Source: an uncultured Patescibacteria group bacterium (GTDB taxonomy: Bacteria > Patescibacteriota > Microgenomatia > UBA10105 > UBA927). Taken from it: a stretch of 64,000 nucleotides of DNA. Positions 11,088 to 24,207 of this stretch are shown one piece after another (the first letter of the stretch is position 1; every line of letters begins with the position of its first letter). The notes under the pieces were generated by a model, which was not told the DNA's origin, did not search any database, and was given only the letters and a program-made list of their open reading frames with translations. A program made the position numbers and the translations under genes. The stretch covers positions 74,740 to 138,739 of the forward strand of contig CAKZSU010000005.1 of assembly GCA_937921305.1 (NCBI GenBank). The letters run 5' to 3'.

Positions 11088-13589
11088 TTAGATGAGCGGT
11101 GGCTGTTGGTCGTTTCGAGAAGAAGGAGCGATGCAGGTGGCGGATGCGATTGTGTCGCTTCCGCTTTGAAATCTCATGAGGATCACTCCAGATGTCGCTC
11201 TGCCGAGACTTGGGATTGACGCGATGGGAAGTTTCACAACTTGCCCTTTTGTTGAAGTGATGATGACGCTTTCTGTTCCGATCGGGATAAGTTGCGACAC
11301 GGCAACTTTTCCTGTTTTATCTTTCACCGCTGCTACTTTGACGCCTTGCCCTCCTCGTTTTTGTTTTGGAAAGTCTTCAATTGGGGTTTTTTTACCTATC
11401 CCTTTCTCCATAATTGTGAGAAACTCAAGATGTTTTGCGTCTTTTGGCGCGATGTCAAGCGAGACCACATAATCGCCTTCTGAAAGCAAGATACCTCGTA
11501 CACCCATGGTGTCTCGCCTTGTTGCGCGGACTTCTTCTTCGTTAAATCGAATTGCTTTGCCGTCGTGCGTGACAAGGATGATATCGTCTGTTCCTGAGCT
11601 TAGTTTCGCCCATGAGAGCGCGTCTCCTTGTTCAAGTTTTATCGAGACAAGTCCGGATCTGCGAATGTTTTCGTATTCTGATAGATGCGTTTTTTTCACC
11701 GTGCCGTTTTCTGTCGCCATGAAAATATGCGCGTTCTTGCTATGCTGTTGGGGATTGTAGGTTAAGACAGATGTGACGCGTTCGTCTGATTCAATGTTGA
11801 TGAGATTCACGATAGCTTGTCCTTTGGATTGTCTGGACGATTCTTGAATATCCCATACGCGAATTTGATAGACTTTTCCTTTATTTGTGAAGAAGAGGAT
11901 ATTATCGTGAGTTTGGGAGGAGATAATTCGTTCTATGCCGTCTTCTTCTTTTGTCGTCATGCCGACGACGCCCTTCCCTCCTCGTTCTTGGGTTTTGAAG
12001 GTTGATTTTGGCATCCGTTTAATATATCCCGACGATGTCATGGTGATAATGACGCTTTCGTTTGGAATAAGTTGTTCGTCGCTGAATTCTCCAAGTTTGT
12101 GAGGAAACACGCGGGTTTTTCTCGCGTCTCCGTATATTTCTTTAAGTTTTTCGAGTTCTTCTTTGATGACGATAAGCATCTTGTGCGGGTGTGCGAGGAG
12201 ATCTTCTAAACGAGCAATGATTTTTCGCACCATGTCGAGTTCATCCTCTATTTTCTTTCGTTCCAGTGCGGCAAGTCGTCGAAGTTGCATATCCAGAATT
12301 GCTGTTGCTTGAATTTCTGAGAGATTGAATCGGTTCATCAATTGTTCTTTGGCTTTTTCGGCGTTTTCGCTTTTTCTGATAATGTTGATAACTTCATCGA
12401 TATGGTCAACCGCTGTTTTTAATCCTTCGAGAATGTGCTCTCGCGCTTTTGCTTCTTTAAGTTCAAATTCTGTTCGCCGTTTGATAACAAGGACGCGATG
12501 TTTCAGGTATTGTTCAAGAATAAGCGGGAGTGTCAATGTCTGCGGCGTGTTGTCAACTAACGCGACCATATTGACGGGAAATGTGGTTTGCAGCGCCGTA
12601 AGTTTGTATAAATTGTTGAGAATTTGCTTTGGCTTCGCGTCTCGTTTGAGCTCCACGACGACGCGAATGCCATGACGATCGGATTCGTCGCGGAGATCGC
12701 TGATGCCTTCAATTTTCTTGTCTTTCACGAGATCGGCGATTTTCGCGACGAGCTGCGCTTTATTGACTTGGTACGGAAGTTCAGTAATGATGATCGCGGA
12801 TTTTCCGTTGCCTATTTCTTCGATTTCCGCTTTGCCTCGAACAGGAATTCTCCCCTTTCCCGTCGCGTAGGCGCGCTTGATTTCTTCTTTGTCAAAGATT
12901 ATGCCCGCGGTTGGAAAATCCGGTCCTTGAATATGCTGCATGATCTCATCGAGTGTGATGTCAAAAGACATTTGAAAATCTTGTTGAATGGTCGTTTTTG
13001 AGATGACGGCAATAATTGCGTCGATGACTTCGGAAAGATTATGCGGGGGGATTTTTGTCGCCATACCAACAGCAATACCTTCCGATCCCATGAGAAGGAG
13101 ATTGGGAAGTTTTGCTGGAATGAACATTGGTTCGTCGATCGTGTTGTCAAAATTTGGCGCAAATACGACTGTATCTTTTTCGATGTCAACAAGCATTTCT
13201 TCCGCGATTCTTGAGAGTCTACATTCGGTATATCGCATTGCCGCTGGGGGGTCGCCGTCGATCGATCCGTAGTTTCCTTGCCCGTCAATCAGCGGGTATC
13301 GCATAGAGAAATCTTGCGCGAGACGAACGAGCGCTTCGTACACTGGCGCGTCGCCATGAGGATGGAATTTTCCAAGCACTTCCCCAACAACTTTCGCGCT
13401 TTTTGTGTACTTTGCTGAGTGATAGAGCCCCATTTGATGCATGGCGAAGAGAATGCGTCGATGCACGGGTTTCAACCCGTCTCGGACATCGGGGAGCGCC
13501 CTCGCGACGATGACGGACATCGCGTAGTCGAGATAGGATTTTTGCATTTCTTTTGTTATTTCTGTTTGGATGACTTTTCCTATGTCCAT
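11088..13589 (-). CDS. gyrA: DNA gyrase subunit A
   Basis: [28 protein letters not shown], GyrA-box QERGGKG and beta-pinwheel repeats. Confidence 0.98.
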   Translation of the reverse strand: MDIGKVIQTEITKEMQKSYLDYAMSVIVARALPDVRDGLKPVHRRILFAMHQMGLYHSAKYTKSAKVVGEVLGKFHPHGDAPVYEALVRLAQDFSMRYPLIDGQGNYGSIDGDPPAAMRYTECRLSRIAEEMLVDIEKDTVVFAPNFDNTIDEPMFIPAKLPNLLLMGSEGIAVGMATKIPPHNLSEVIDAIIAVISKTTIQQDFQMSFDITLDEIMQHIQGPDFPTAGIIFDKEEIKRAYATGKGRIPVRGKAEIEEIGNGKSAIIITELPYQVNKAQLVAKIADLVKDKKIEGISDLRDESDRHGIRVVVELKRDAKPKQILNNLYKLTALQTTFPVNMVALVDNTPQTLTLPLILEQYLKHRVLVIKRRTEFELKEAKAREHILEGLKTAVDHIDEVINIIRKSENAEKAKEQLMNRFNLSEIQATAILDMQLRRLAALERKKIEDELDMVRKIIARLEDLLAHPHKMLIVIKEELEKLKEIYGDARKTRVFPHKLGEFSDEQLIPNESVIITMTSSGYIKRMPKSTFKTQERGGKGVVGMTTKEEDGIERIISSQTHDNILFFTNKGKVYQIRVWDIQESSRQSKGQAIVNLINIESDERVTSVLTYNPQQHSKNAHIFMATENGTVKKTHLSEYENIRRSGLVSIKLEQGDALSWAKLSSGTDDIILVTHDGKAIRFNEEEVRATRRDTMGVRGILLSEGDYVVSLDIAPKDAKHLEFLTIMEKGIGKKTPIEDFPKQKRGGQGVKVAAVKDKTGKVAVSQLIPIGTESVIITSTKGQVVKLPIASIPSLGRATSGVILMRFQSGSDTIASATCIAPSSRNDQQPPLI

Positions 13590-13687
13590 AAAAAATGAAC
13601 CTTTTTGCTTGTTTTTATGTAATGATTATGCCCACTTTATCTCAGGATGTAAAAACCTTATAAAAAGGTCTCTGCTTGCAACTCATC

Positions 13688-13714
13688 ATGTCTTGAATCA
13701 TGTTCAAGATGACA
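13688..13714. repeat. REP/MITE-like palindrome (right end)
   Basis: TCTTGAATCATGTTCAAGATGACA. Confidence 0.55.
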
Positions 13715-13749
13715 GAGAGACGCATCAGGATGGCTATCATGTTATGAGT

Positions 13750-14253
13750 TTATACCATGCTCGCTTGAATGCTCGCGATCGCTTCATCCTTTCCCTTCCA
13801 CTCTCGCAGTTTCACCCATTTACCCGGTTCGAGATCTTTGTAGTGTTCGAAAAAGTGTTTCATTTTATCTTTCATCGCTTGCGGAATATCAGCAATATCT
13901 TTATATGAGCCAAATACAGGATCGATTTTTTCTGTCGGCACGGCGATGATTTTCGTGTCTACCCCTTCTTCGTCTTCCATTTCAAGCAATCCAATCGGAA
14001 CAGACGGAATCATAACGCCGGGTAGAAGTGGTTTGTCGCATAAGACAAGCACATCAATGGGATCACCGTCATCCGCGTGCGTTTCTGGAATGAATCCATA
14101 GTTAAACGGATAAGAAAACGCGGTGAACATGAATCGATCCACGACAATGACGTCGTGTTCTTTATCGAGTTCATACTTGACCGAGCTTCCTGCTGGGATT
14201 TCAATGCAAACATTGACTTGGTGTGGGGCTTTATTACCTCTGGTAAGATTCAT
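13750..14253 (-). CDS. ppa: Inorganic pyrophosphatase (family I)
   Basis: IEIP, KYELDK, YPFNYGFIP, DDGDPIDV, FFEHYKDLE motifs. Confidence 0.96.
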   Translation of the reverse strand: MNLTRGNKAPHQVNVCIEIPAGSSVKYELDKEHDVIVVDRFMFTAFSYPFNYGFIPETHADDGDPIDVLVLCDKPLLPGVMIPSVPIGLLEMEDEEGVDTKIIAVPTEKIDPVFGSYKDIADIPQAMKDKMKHFFEHYKDLEPGKWVKLREWKGKDEAIASIQASMV

Positions 14254-14302
14254 AGATACCTCCTTTTTGTATAAAAAAATCCATGGTTTCTATATACCAT
14301 AT

Positions 14303-16237
<1,935 letters not shown>

Positions 16238-16290
16238 TTATGACATTCTAAAGGAGAAAATGTGTGTTTGTCTAGTGTCGGATAGGTGTA

Positions 16291-16448
16291 TGTCATCCTG
16301 AACTCTCTCTGTCATCCTGAATTTGGTTCAGGATCTTGGGTATTAGATGATGAGCTGTAAAGTGGCAAATATTTTTAGAATCTCTGCTAGATGCTGAAAC
16401 GAGTTCAGCATGATAATGGATGAATCCTAAGATGCGTCCGGTATGACA
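16291..16448. repeat. Best-preserved REP/MITE-like element, plus partial extra ends
   Basis: TGTCATCCTGAATTTGGTTCAGGATCT ... AGATGCTGAAACGAGTTCAGCATGATA. Confidence 0.75.
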
Positions 16449-16462
16449 ATAATGAAATTTTT

Positions 16463-17677
16463 TTACTGAATCTGCGTTGTTAACGAATAAATCGGCGTAA
16501 TGATGGAGAATACAATAAATCCTACCCCAAGCCCCAACACAACCATAATAATTGGTTCAATGATTGTCGTCAGATTTTTGACCATGTATTCAGATTCTTT
16601 CTCAAAATATGTCGATAATTTCTCGAGTGTTTCGTCGAGTTTACCCGTCTCCTCCCCAACTTTGATCATTTGCGAGACAATAACTGGAAACAGCTTGTCA
16701 TATTGGGCAAAGGTTTCTCCTATAGAAAATCCTTTTTCGATTTTTTTCGAGATCTCAGAGAGTGCGTCTCGATACAACGCGTTTCCCAATGAGTTTTTGA
16801 GGAATGACAATCCTTCAAGGATGTGAATGCCTGATGAAATCAGCATACCAAATGTTCTTGCAAACTCTGCAAGAATGACGCTTTTTTGCAATTGTCCCCA
16901 CACTGGAATACGAAGTATCGCGGCATCTATTATTCGTTCTCCTATGGGAGTTTTTTTCCATTGTTTTACTCCGTATGCACCACCGATTGTTGCAAGAATC
17001 ATAAGCCACCACCAGCGCCTGAATAGGTTTGAAACAGAGACAAGAAGTCTTGTGGCAAACGGCAATTGAATGCCAAAATCGTTGTACATGTCCGTCAACT
17101 TTGGGATAACAACGGTCATCATGATAAAAACAACAACAATCATGCCAATGATGATGATCAATGGGTATATCATGGCGCTTTTGACTTTTGATCGAAACTC
17201 TCGCTCTTTTTCAAGCGTTTCCGCAAGACGCGTAAGTACGCGGTCAAGCGTTCCCGACGCTTCTCCAGATCGAATAAGCGCAATATAAACTTTTGAAAAT
17301 ACGTGAGAATGTCGTTCAAGCGCGTTAGCGAGGTTTCCTCCTCCAATCAGATGTTGTTCTATATCAAGAAGCATCGACGCCGTGCGTTGATTGTCTGTTT
17401 GAGATCGAATAATTGCTATGCTTTCTGTCAGCGAGAGTCCTGCGGTAAGAAGAGACGCTAATTGCCTCGTAATATTCACGATTTCGTTAAACGAAACTTT
17501 CTTGAGTTTATGCTTTATCAATTCTAATGTTATTGTTTCAGATTTTGGAGAGAGATGAACGATAAATACTTGCTTCTCTCGAAGAAGTTTCAGTGCGGTT
17601 CTTTGATCTGGCGCTTCGACGAGCCCACTTAGCGTTTGTCCTTGTTGATTTTTTGCTTTATAAGTAAAAATACGCAT
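16463..17677 (-). CDS. pilC: Type IV pilus platform protein (PilC/GspF)
   Basis: Two GspF repeats (GEASGTLD, GEETGKLD) and three TM helices. Confidence 0.93.
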   Translation of the reverse strand: MRIFTYKAKNQQGQTLSGLVEAPDQRTALKLLREKQVFIVHLSPKSETITLELIKHKLKKVSFNEIVNITRQLASLLTAGLSLTESIAIIRSQTDNQRTASMLLDIEQHLIGGGNLANALERHSHVFSKVYIALIRSGEASGTLDRVLTRLAETLEKEREFRSKVKSAMIYPLIIIIGMIVVVFIMMTVVIPKLTDMYNDFGIQLPFATRLLVSVSNLFRRWWWLMILATIGGAYGVKQWKKTPIGERIIDAAILRIPVWGQLQKSVILAEFARTFGMLISSGIHILEGLSFLKNSLGNALYRDALSEISKKIEKGFSIGETFAQYDKLFPVIVSQMIKVGEETGKLDETLEKLSTYFEKESEYMVKNLTTIIEPIIMVVLGLGVGFIVFSIITPIYSLTTQIQ

Positions 17678-17695
17678 AGAAATTAGGCGTGATTC

Positions 17696-18751
17696 TTAAT
17701 AGGTTTTTATCAATCTTGCCAATTCTTCTGGTTTTACGGCGTATCGCATCGCTGTTTCTATGGTAATACTTCCTTCCTTTATTTTTTTCGCGAGCGACAT
17801 TTCCATGGTCATCATCCCAGACTCTACAGATGTTTGAATAATATTATCGATAAGGTGCGTTCTCCCCTCTCGTATTGTCGCGCGAACTGCCGGTGTTCCG
17901 ATAAGAATTTCAGCGGCCATTGTTCTATCGCCGGTTATTGTTGGGATGAGTCGCTGGGAAATCACTGCTTCCAATGTGTTTGACAGTTGAAGTCGTATCT
18001 GCGGCTGTTCGTGTTCTGGAAATACTCCTACGATGCGATCTATTGTTTGGCTTGCCGAATTTGTATGAAGCGTGGCAAAGACAAGATGTCCGGTCTCGGC
18101 TATGGTAAGGGCTGCTTGAATCGTTTCAAAATCCCGCATCTCGCCAATCAGCGTGATATCAGGATCTTCTCGTAGTGCGCTTCGCAATGCGATATTCCAT
18201 GAGTGCGTGTCATTGTTCATTTCCCTTTGGGAGATAATGGATTGTCCTTTAGGATAGATAAATTCTATCGGATCTTCGATCGTGATAATATGCGCTGATC
18301 GCGATTGGTTGATTTCTTGGATCATTGAGGCAAGCGTTGTTGATTTTCCGTGTCCTGTCGGTCCGGTGACAAGAATAAACCCTTGGTGAAGTTTTACAAA
18401 TTCATGACATATTGGCGGGAGACCGAGTTCTTGCATGGATCGAATATTTTGTTGAATGTATCGGAAAGTGCCAGCAATCGTTCCTCGTTGATAATACACA
18501 TTTGCTCGAAATCTTCCCGCGTTTGTTGAATACGCAAAATCTATTTCTCTATTTGTTTCTAGAAGGTTTTTTTGATCTTCTGAGAGAATCGGGAAAATAA
18601 TAACTTCAAGATCTTGCGGAGACATGGGTGGTATATTGGGAAGTGCAAAAAGTCTTCCTGCAATTCGAACCATGGGTGGATAGTTGGCAAGCAAATGGAG
18701 ATCAGACGCGTTCCGTTTTATAGTTTCTGAAAAGAGATCTAATATAGTCAT
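17696..18751 (-). CDS. pilT: Type IV pilus retraction ATPase
   Basis: ASDLHL, GPTGHGKSTT, EDPIE, LREDPD, AETGHLV, AVRATIRE motifs. Confidence 0.93.
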   Translation of the reverse strand: MTILDLFSETIKRNASDLHLLANYPPMVRIAGRLFALPNIPPMSPQDLEVIIFPILSEDQKNLLETNREIDFAYSTNAGRFRANVYYQRGTIAGTFRYIQQNIRSMQELGLPPICHEFVKLHQGFILVTGPTGHGKSTTLASMIQEINQSRSAHIITIEDPIEFIYPKGQSIISQREMNNDTHSWNIALRSALREDPDITLIGEMRDFETIQAALTIAETGHLVFATLHTNSASQTIDRIVGVFPEHEQPQIRLQLSNTLEAVISQRLIPTITGDRTMAAEILIGTPAVRATIREGRTHLIDNIIQTSVESGMMTMEMSLAKKIKEGSITIETAMRYAVKPEELARLIKTY

Positions 18752-18761
18752 GTTCCCCCCC

Positions 18762-20483
18762 TTATTCTTCCGCGACGCGAAGCACTTCTTCTATGGTTGT
18801 TATTCCTTTTAAGACCTTGAGAAATCCATCTTGTTTCATTGTTAACATACCTTCTTCAATTGCCGTTTTTTCTATCTCTGTCGCTGACGCTCGAGAGAGT
18901 GTAAGATGAATAATGGCGTCTGTGACTGGGAATACTTCAAAGATTCCTATCCTTCCCGAATATCCTGTGCCGTTACAAGTTTTGCATGTCACATTATTGA
19001 CGACTCCTGTCCCTTTATATAAGGATAGCGGTTGATCTTTAGGGAGATACGATCCTATTGTTTGTTCGAGAGCGTTTTTCGTTTCTTCTGGCGGCGAATA
19101 TGGCGATTTGCATTCAGGGCATATTTTCCTTGCGATGCGTTGCGCCACAACAAGATTAATCGCTGAAGACACGAGAAATGGTTCTATGCCGAGATCAATC
19201 AATCGTGGGATGGCGCCCGCTGCGTTGTTTGTGTGCAGTGTTGAGAACACAAGATGGCCAGTAAGCGCTGCTTGAATTCCGAGTTCTGCTGTTTCTTGAT
19301 CGCGAATTTCTCCGACGAGAATAATATTTGGGTCTTGCCGAAGAAAGGCTCTGAGTCCGGTCGCAAAGGTCAGTCCCGCCGTGGGACTGATTTGTACCTG
19401 ATTAATTCCTTCTATTTCATATTCAACAGGATCTTCCAGGGTTAAAATATTGACTTTTGTGTTATTAATTTTTGAGAGCACGGAATATAATGTGGTTGTT
19501 TTTCCTGACCCTGTGGGTCCAGTGACAAGAATTACTCCATGAGGACGCCTTATATGTTCTTCGAGTCTTTTGAGTCCAAGTCCAGTTAATCCAAGTTCTG
19601 TTAACGGAGGAATGCCTCCTGATTTTTGTAAGAGTCTCATGACGATTTTCTCTCCGTGAATCGTAGGAAGCGTTGAAACACGAAGATCAACCTCAAGATT
19701 GCCCATTTTGAAGTTAAATCGTCCATCTTGGGGAATTCGTTTCTCATCAATTTTCATATCTGAGAGGATTTTAATACGCGATACGACTCCTTCATGGAGT
19801 CTTCGAGGGAGCGAAAGCCGTTCTTGTAAAATGCCATCTACTCGGAATCGAACGCGCGTATCGCCTTTTTGCGGTTCAATATGAACATCCGATGCGCGAA
19901 TGCGAATCGATTGTTCAAGGATTGATGAGACAATTTGAGCGATCGGCGCTTCTCGAATGACTTCCCCAAGATGTCCAGCTTCGTATGTTTTTACTTGTAT
20001 ATCAGCTCGCTCTTTCAGCGCTTCCGTGACATTCGCCGTAATATTTTGTTGATACAACGACTCAATTGCCTGTTTTACTTCTTGTTCTGTGGAAAAATAT
20101 GGAACGATGCGTTTGCCTGATTTTTTTTCGAGGAATTCAATGACTTGAAAATCAAGCGGGTCTGCCATCGCGACATGAAGTTCATTTTTTTCTTCAATAA
20201 ACTGAAATGGAACGAGAATGTATTTTTTGCTAACTGGTTCAGGTATATATGTGGCTATATCAGAAGATATGGCTTTTCCTGAAAGACTGACAAAAGGAAT
20301 ATTGACGGATTTTGCTCTCGCTTTTGCGATATCAACAGGAGTAACAATTCTTCGTTTCAAAAGGATGTCTTCAATGGTTTCTCCTGTGGCCAACGATTCT
20401 GTGGATAGTTGATTTGCTATATCTTGAGAAATTTTCCCCTCTGACACAAGGATGGAGAGAATGTGTTGTTGCACGGCAGGCAT
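18762..20483 (-). CDS. pilB: Type IV pilus assembly ATPase (PilB/GspE)
   Basis: ASDVHIEP, PQDGR, GPTGSGKTTT, LRQDPN, Zn cysteines, GYSGRIG. Confidence 0.93.
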   Translation of the reverse strand: MPAVQQHILSILVSEGKISQDIANQLSTESLATGETIEDILLKRRIVTPVDIAKARAKSVNIPFVSLSGKAISSDIATYIPEPVSKKYILVPFQFIEEKNELHVAMADPLDFQVIEFLEKKSGKRIVPYFSTEQEVKQAIESLYQQNITANVTEALKERADIQVKTYEAGHLGEVIREAPIAQIVSSILEQSIRIRASDVHIEPQKGDTRVRFRVDGILQERLSLPRRLHEGVVSRIKILSDMKIDEKRIPQDGRFNFKMGNLEVDLRVSTLPTIHGEKIVMRLLQKSGGIPPLTELGLTGLGLKRLEEHIRRPHGVILVTGPTGSGKTTTLYSVLSKINNTKVNILTLEDPVEYEIEGINQVQISPTAGLTFATGLRAFLRQDPNIILVGEIRDQETAELGIQAALTGHLVFSTLHTNNAAGAIPRLIDLGIEPFLVSSAINLVVAQRIARKICPECKSPYSPPEETKNALEQTIGSYLPKDQPLSLYKGTGVVNNVTCKTCNGTGYSGRIGIFEVFPVTDAIIHLTLSRASATEIEKTAIEEGMLTMKQDGFLKVLKGITTIEEVLRVAEE

Positions 20484-20509
20484 ATGTACAATCATAAAAT
20501 GTTTGTAGC

Positions 20510-20538
20510 TTGACAGCAAGAACATTTTTCATCATGAT
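20510..20538 (+). promoter_or_regulatory. Putative sigma70 promoter for the pilin operon
   Basis: TTGACA-N17-CATGAT in the short divergent pilB/pilin gap. Confidence 0.5.
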
Positions 20539-20563
20539 AATAGAAGTATAAGTTTGTAAGCAT

Positions 20564-21091
20564 ATGAAAAAATTAAATAAGCGAAGCAAGTCGAACGAAA
20601 AAGGATTTACTCTCGTTGAGCTTTTAATTGTTATCGCGCTTTTGGGAGCATTAATCGCTGGTATTCTTATTTCTTTAGACCCGCTTGAACAAACGCGGAG
20701 AGGGCAAGATACAGCCTTGCGGAACACGGCATCTGAATTTTTTAATGCGTTGAATCGATATTACGCAACAAAAGGAACATTTCCTTGGGGAAATAACACG
20801 ACATTTTCAGGGCAAACCTTGAATTCAAGAATGTCAGACATAAACACTCTTATAGATTCTGGTGAATTAAAAACGAATTTTATGCAAAGAGCTGGTAGCC
20901 ATGTAAATAAGATTTATATAACATCAAATACCCCTACCGATCTTTCTGTGTGTTTTCAGCCGGTTTCAAAATCTATGCAAAAAGATTCATTAACAATTTA
21001 CGATATGAATGGATCTTCCGAGAACGCGTCATCGTGCAAGTCTCAGACGACAGGATCTAGCGGAACAAATTGTTACATGTGTCTTCGGTAA
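20564..21091 (+). CDS. Type IV pilin (probable major pilin)
   Basis: Class III signal KG|FTLVELL; C-terminal cysteines; first gene of the operon. Confidence 0.88.
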   Translation: MKKLNKRSKSNEKGFTLVELLIVIALLGALIAGILISLDPLEQTRRGQDTALRNTASEFFNALNRYYATKGTFPWGNNTTFSGQTLNSRMSDINTLIDSGELKTNFMQRAGSHVNKIYITSNTPTDLSVCFQPVSKSMQKDSLTIYDMNGSSENASSCKSQTTGSSGTNCYMCLR

Positions 21092-21135
21092 AATGAATTC
21101 TTAATTTTTCTTCTTGTGATACGCTTATATGTAGC

Positions 21136-21903
21136 ATGGATACTACTATTCTTTTTTCTTCGCTTCTAGGAATATATGGAGGGTTCATTGGTTCGTTTTT
21201 GGGTGTTATTATTGATAGGCTCCCAGAAGGACGGTCTATTTTTTGGGGAAGATCTCAATGTGATTACTGCAAGAAGACGCTGCGATGGTTTGAGTTGATT
21301 CCTGTTTTCTCTTTTATTATTCAGCTGGGAAAGTGTCGTCGATGCAAAAGGCGATTGTCATTCAAATACCCTTTGATAGAAATTTGTTCAGCGATTCTTT
21401 TTGTATTTGTTTGGTTTTTTGTTGATTTTTATCTTCTTTTGTATATTCCCGCGGTGATTGTCGCATCTTCTCTATTAGTGATTGTATTCATAGACACGCG
21501 TCATATGATTATTCCGGATTCTCTTCTTGTTGTTGGCGTGATTGGAACGACTATATATCATCTGATCCGTCTTCAGTCGATATATTCGATAGTCTTGAAT
21601 CATCTTACAGCAGGAATTCTTTCTTTCTTTTTGTTTTATGTGTTATGGGAAATTACTCGAAGAAAGGGGATTGGATTTGGCGATGTTAAATTAGTGTTTC
21701 TTTTAGGATTTATAACAGGATTCCCTTCGGTTATTGTTGGTATCTATCTTTCGTTCTTGACGGGTGCATTGGTTGGACTCATACTCTTACTTAGTAGAAA
21801 GAAAACAATGAAAAGCCCTGTGCCGTTTGGGCCGTTTTTGATAGTTGGCGCAGTGGTTTCCCTATTAATTGACCCAAATATCCTTATCAAACTTTTTTTA
21901 TGA
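21136..21903 (+). CDS. pilD: Prepilin peptidase
   Basis: GSFLGV, RSQCDYC, GKCRRC, GFGDVKL, PFGPFL motifs. Confidence 0.93.
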   Translation: MDTTILFSSLLGIYGGFIGSFLGVIIDRLPEGRSIFWGRSQCDYCKKTLRWFELIPVFSFIIQLGKCRRCKRRLSFKYPLIEICSAILFVFVWFFVDFYLLLYIPAVIVASSLLVIVFIDTRHMIIPDSLLVVGVIGTTIYHLIRLQSIYSIVLNHLTAGILSFFLFYVLWEITRRKGIGFGDVKLVFLLGFITGFPSVIVGIYLSFLTGALVGLILLLSRKKTMKSPVPFGPFLIVGAVVSLLIDPNILIKLFL

Positions 21904-22301
21904 AGTATCGTGGATTTACTTTAGTTGAACTTCTCATCGTTATTTCTTTAATCGGGATTCTTTCTCTTGCAGGATTGTCTTCATATATGAACGCGCAACG
22001 TGTCGCGCGGAATAGTAAACGAATGTCTGATCTTAAAGCGATTCAAAACGCGTTAGAATCGTATTTTGCGCAGGCTGGATCATATCCAAATTCTTCATCG
22101 TGCGACCCGGGAGCCGTCCATCTTCCTGGTGGCATTCCTCGAGATCCTCAAACAAAGTCGCAGTATGTGCCATCTCGCTGCACTGATTCGGAGTACTGTT
22201 TTTGTGTTGAGTTAGAGCCGGGAACAACGGGAAACGCCTCATCCAATAATTGTTCAAACTTTACGCCAGGATCGTATTTTTGCGTTAATCAATTACAATA
22301 A
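21900..22301 (+). CDS. Type IV pilin-like protein
   Basis: RG|FTLVELL; Cys-rich C-terminus (YCFCVELE). Confidence 0.88.
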   Translation: MKYRGFTLVELLIVISLIGILSLAGLSSYMNAQRVARNSKRMSDLKAIQNALESYFAQAGSYPNSSSCDPGAVHLPGGIPRDPQTKSQYVPSRCTDSEYCFCVELEPGTTGNASSNNCSNFTPGSYFCVNQLQ

Positions 22302-22314
22302 TGTTATGTGTTTT

Positions 22315-22758
22315 ATGAAAAGAACGCGTGGTTTTACATTGCTTGAAGTGTTAGTTGCCACAGTCATTATTATTCTTCTTACCACTGTTGGAGTCGCGTC
22401 GTACGCAAATATTTCAAAACGGTCGAGAGATGCTCGGCGGTCAAGTGATATCGAACAATTGCGATCTGCGTTAGAAATGTATCGATCGGATTTTGGAAAT
22501 TATCCAAATGTCGGAGGAGGATCGTGGGTGTCTGTATCGAATCTAAACGGCGTATTGGTTCCAACATATATTCAACGCATTCCCTCTGATCCAAGAGGAA
22601 CCACGCATCCGTATCAATACAGAGCGACGAATCAAAGCGGTGGTCGATATTACGGGTACTGTCTTTCTTTGCGATTGGAGTCACAATCTGGGGAAAACAA
22701 TTGCGGTTCGATAACGCTTCCAAATAGCGATTACAATTATGGTCTCAGGCATCCGTAA
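22315..22758 (+). CDS. Type IV pilin-like protein (GspG-like)
   Basis: RG|FTLLEVL, RDARRSSD, ALEMY, IPSDP. Confidence 0.88.
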   Translation: MKRTRGFTLLEVLVATVIIILLTTVGVASYANISKRSRDARRSSDIEQLRSALEMYRSDFGNYPNVGGGSWVSVSNLNGVLVPTYIQRIPSDPRGTTHPYQYRATNQSGGRYYGYCLSLRLESQSGENNCGSITLPNSDYNYGLRHP

Positions 22759-23218
22759 AGGATTTTCTCTCATTGAACTGCTTATCGCGTCTGGCATAAT
22801 TTTGACCATTACGGGGCTTGCGATATCAAATTATGGCTCTTTTGCTGATACCCAAAGGATTCGACAAGCGGGAAAAACTTTGCAAAATAATCTTCATTTT
22901 ATCCAAAACAGAGCGATTGCTTCTGTAAAACCAAGAGAATGCGATCAAAACAATCCGATTCTTGCGTACAGAGTTTCGTTTACAGAGAACGCGTACACCT
23001 ATGTTCCTGTGTGTTCGAATGGCATTCTTCAAAACGCGAACGCAACAATTGTTCTTCCTGATCGCATCACATTTTCCCCTCCTCCTTCCTCATTTGATTT
23101 TTTAGTGTTAACAGGAAAACCCACAAGATCAGTCACGATGACGATTACGAATGGAATCAAACGATATGAGATTCGCGTGACGGAGAGCGGATCGATAGAA
23201 GATCTAGGGTTTCAGTAA
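22739..23218 (+). CDS. Minor pilin (FimT/GspH-like)
   Basis: KG|FSLIELL N-terminal methylation motif. Confidence 0.82.
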   Translation: MVSGIRKGFSLIELLIASGIILTITGLAISNYGSFADTQRIRQAGKTLQNNLHFIQNRAIASVKPRECDQNNPILAYRVSFTENAYTYVPVCSNGILQNANATIVLPDRITFSPPPSSFDFLVLTGKPTRSVTMTITNGIKRYEIRVTESGSIEDLGFQ

Positions 23219-23223
23219 TATAT

Positions 23224-23664
23224 ATGAATGTGATGGATTTAAAGGGACAAACATTTGTGGAAATTATTATTATTGTTGCTCTTGTTATTGTGGTTATTGC
23301 CGCTTTGGTTGCAAGCGGAACGTTTTCTCTTCGATTAACGAGTTATAACAAATTGAGAAATCAAGCGATCAAATATGTTCAAGAAGGAATAGAATTGGCG
23401 CGAAAAGAACGCGATGATAGCTGGGGGACGCTTGTCTCGATGGCGCAACCATCTCCTCGTCGATGGTGTGTAGATAAATCAAGAACATGGTCTCAAGCTT
23501 CGTCTGATTGTTCAATAAATATAGACAATATTTTTTCAAGATCGATCCAATTGTCATACGATCCTCTTACACAACGCGTAATAGTGCTTGTCAGCGTGTC
23601 ATGGAAAGAAGGATCGGAGATGCGGACTAGCAAAGCGGAGACCATACTTACAAAATGGAGATAA
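23224..23664 (+). CDS. Minor pilin (PilV-like)
   Basis: KG|QTFVEI; C-terminal VSVSW motif. Confidence 0.78.
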   Translation: MNVMDLKGQTFVEIIIIVALVIVVIAALVASGTFSLRLTSYNKLRNQAIKYVQEGIELARKERDDSWGTLVSMAQPSPRRWCVDKSRTWSQASSDCSINIDNIFSRSIQLSYDPLTQRVIVLVSVSWKEGSEMRTSKAETILTKWR

Positions 23665-23667
23665 CGA

Positions 23668-24207
23668 ATGAATAAAGGATTTAGTTTAATCGAGATTCTT
23701 ATTACAATTGTTATATTGGGAGGAATAACAGTGATTTTATCGCAATCATTTTTTTCTCTTTCTCGATCTTCGTTTCGATCAGACGCCATGAAGCAGATAA
23801 AACAATCTGGGAATTTCGCGTTGCAGACAATTGAAAAAATGATTAGAGAAAGCGAAGCTGTTGTAAGCGTTTGCGATGGTAATCCTATTTCAAATAAAGA
23901 ACTTCTTCTTATAAATCGCGAGGGGTCTCAAACGCGTCTTCATTGCGCATCTGATATGATGGAAGGTGGCGCGATTATGAGAATTGCCTCAACAAGCAGC
24001 TCAGCAACACAGTATTTGACGCCAACATATGTAACGCTTGGCGGAAATACCTGTGAGTCTTCTTCGTTAGAATTTTCGTGCATTGCTTCTTCTCGATTTG
24101 TTCAATCAGTTCAAGTGAAGTTTCGTCTTTCTCCTGTAGGGATACAAGAGCAACCTATCGAATCGTCAAGTATTGAATTTCAAACAACGGTTAATGTGCG
24201 AAAATGA
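23668..24207 (+). CDS. Minor pilin (PilW-like)
   Basis: KG|FSLIEIL; ends FQTTVNVR. Confidence 0.82.
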   Translation: MNKGFSLIEILITIVILGGITVILSQSFFSLSRSSFRSDAMKQIKQSGNFALQTIEKMIRESEAVVSVCDGNPISNKELLLINREGSQTRLHCASDMMEGGAIMRIASTSSSATQYLTPTYVTLGGNTCESSSLEFSCIASSRFVQSVQVKFRLSPVGIQEQPIESSSIEFQTTVNVRK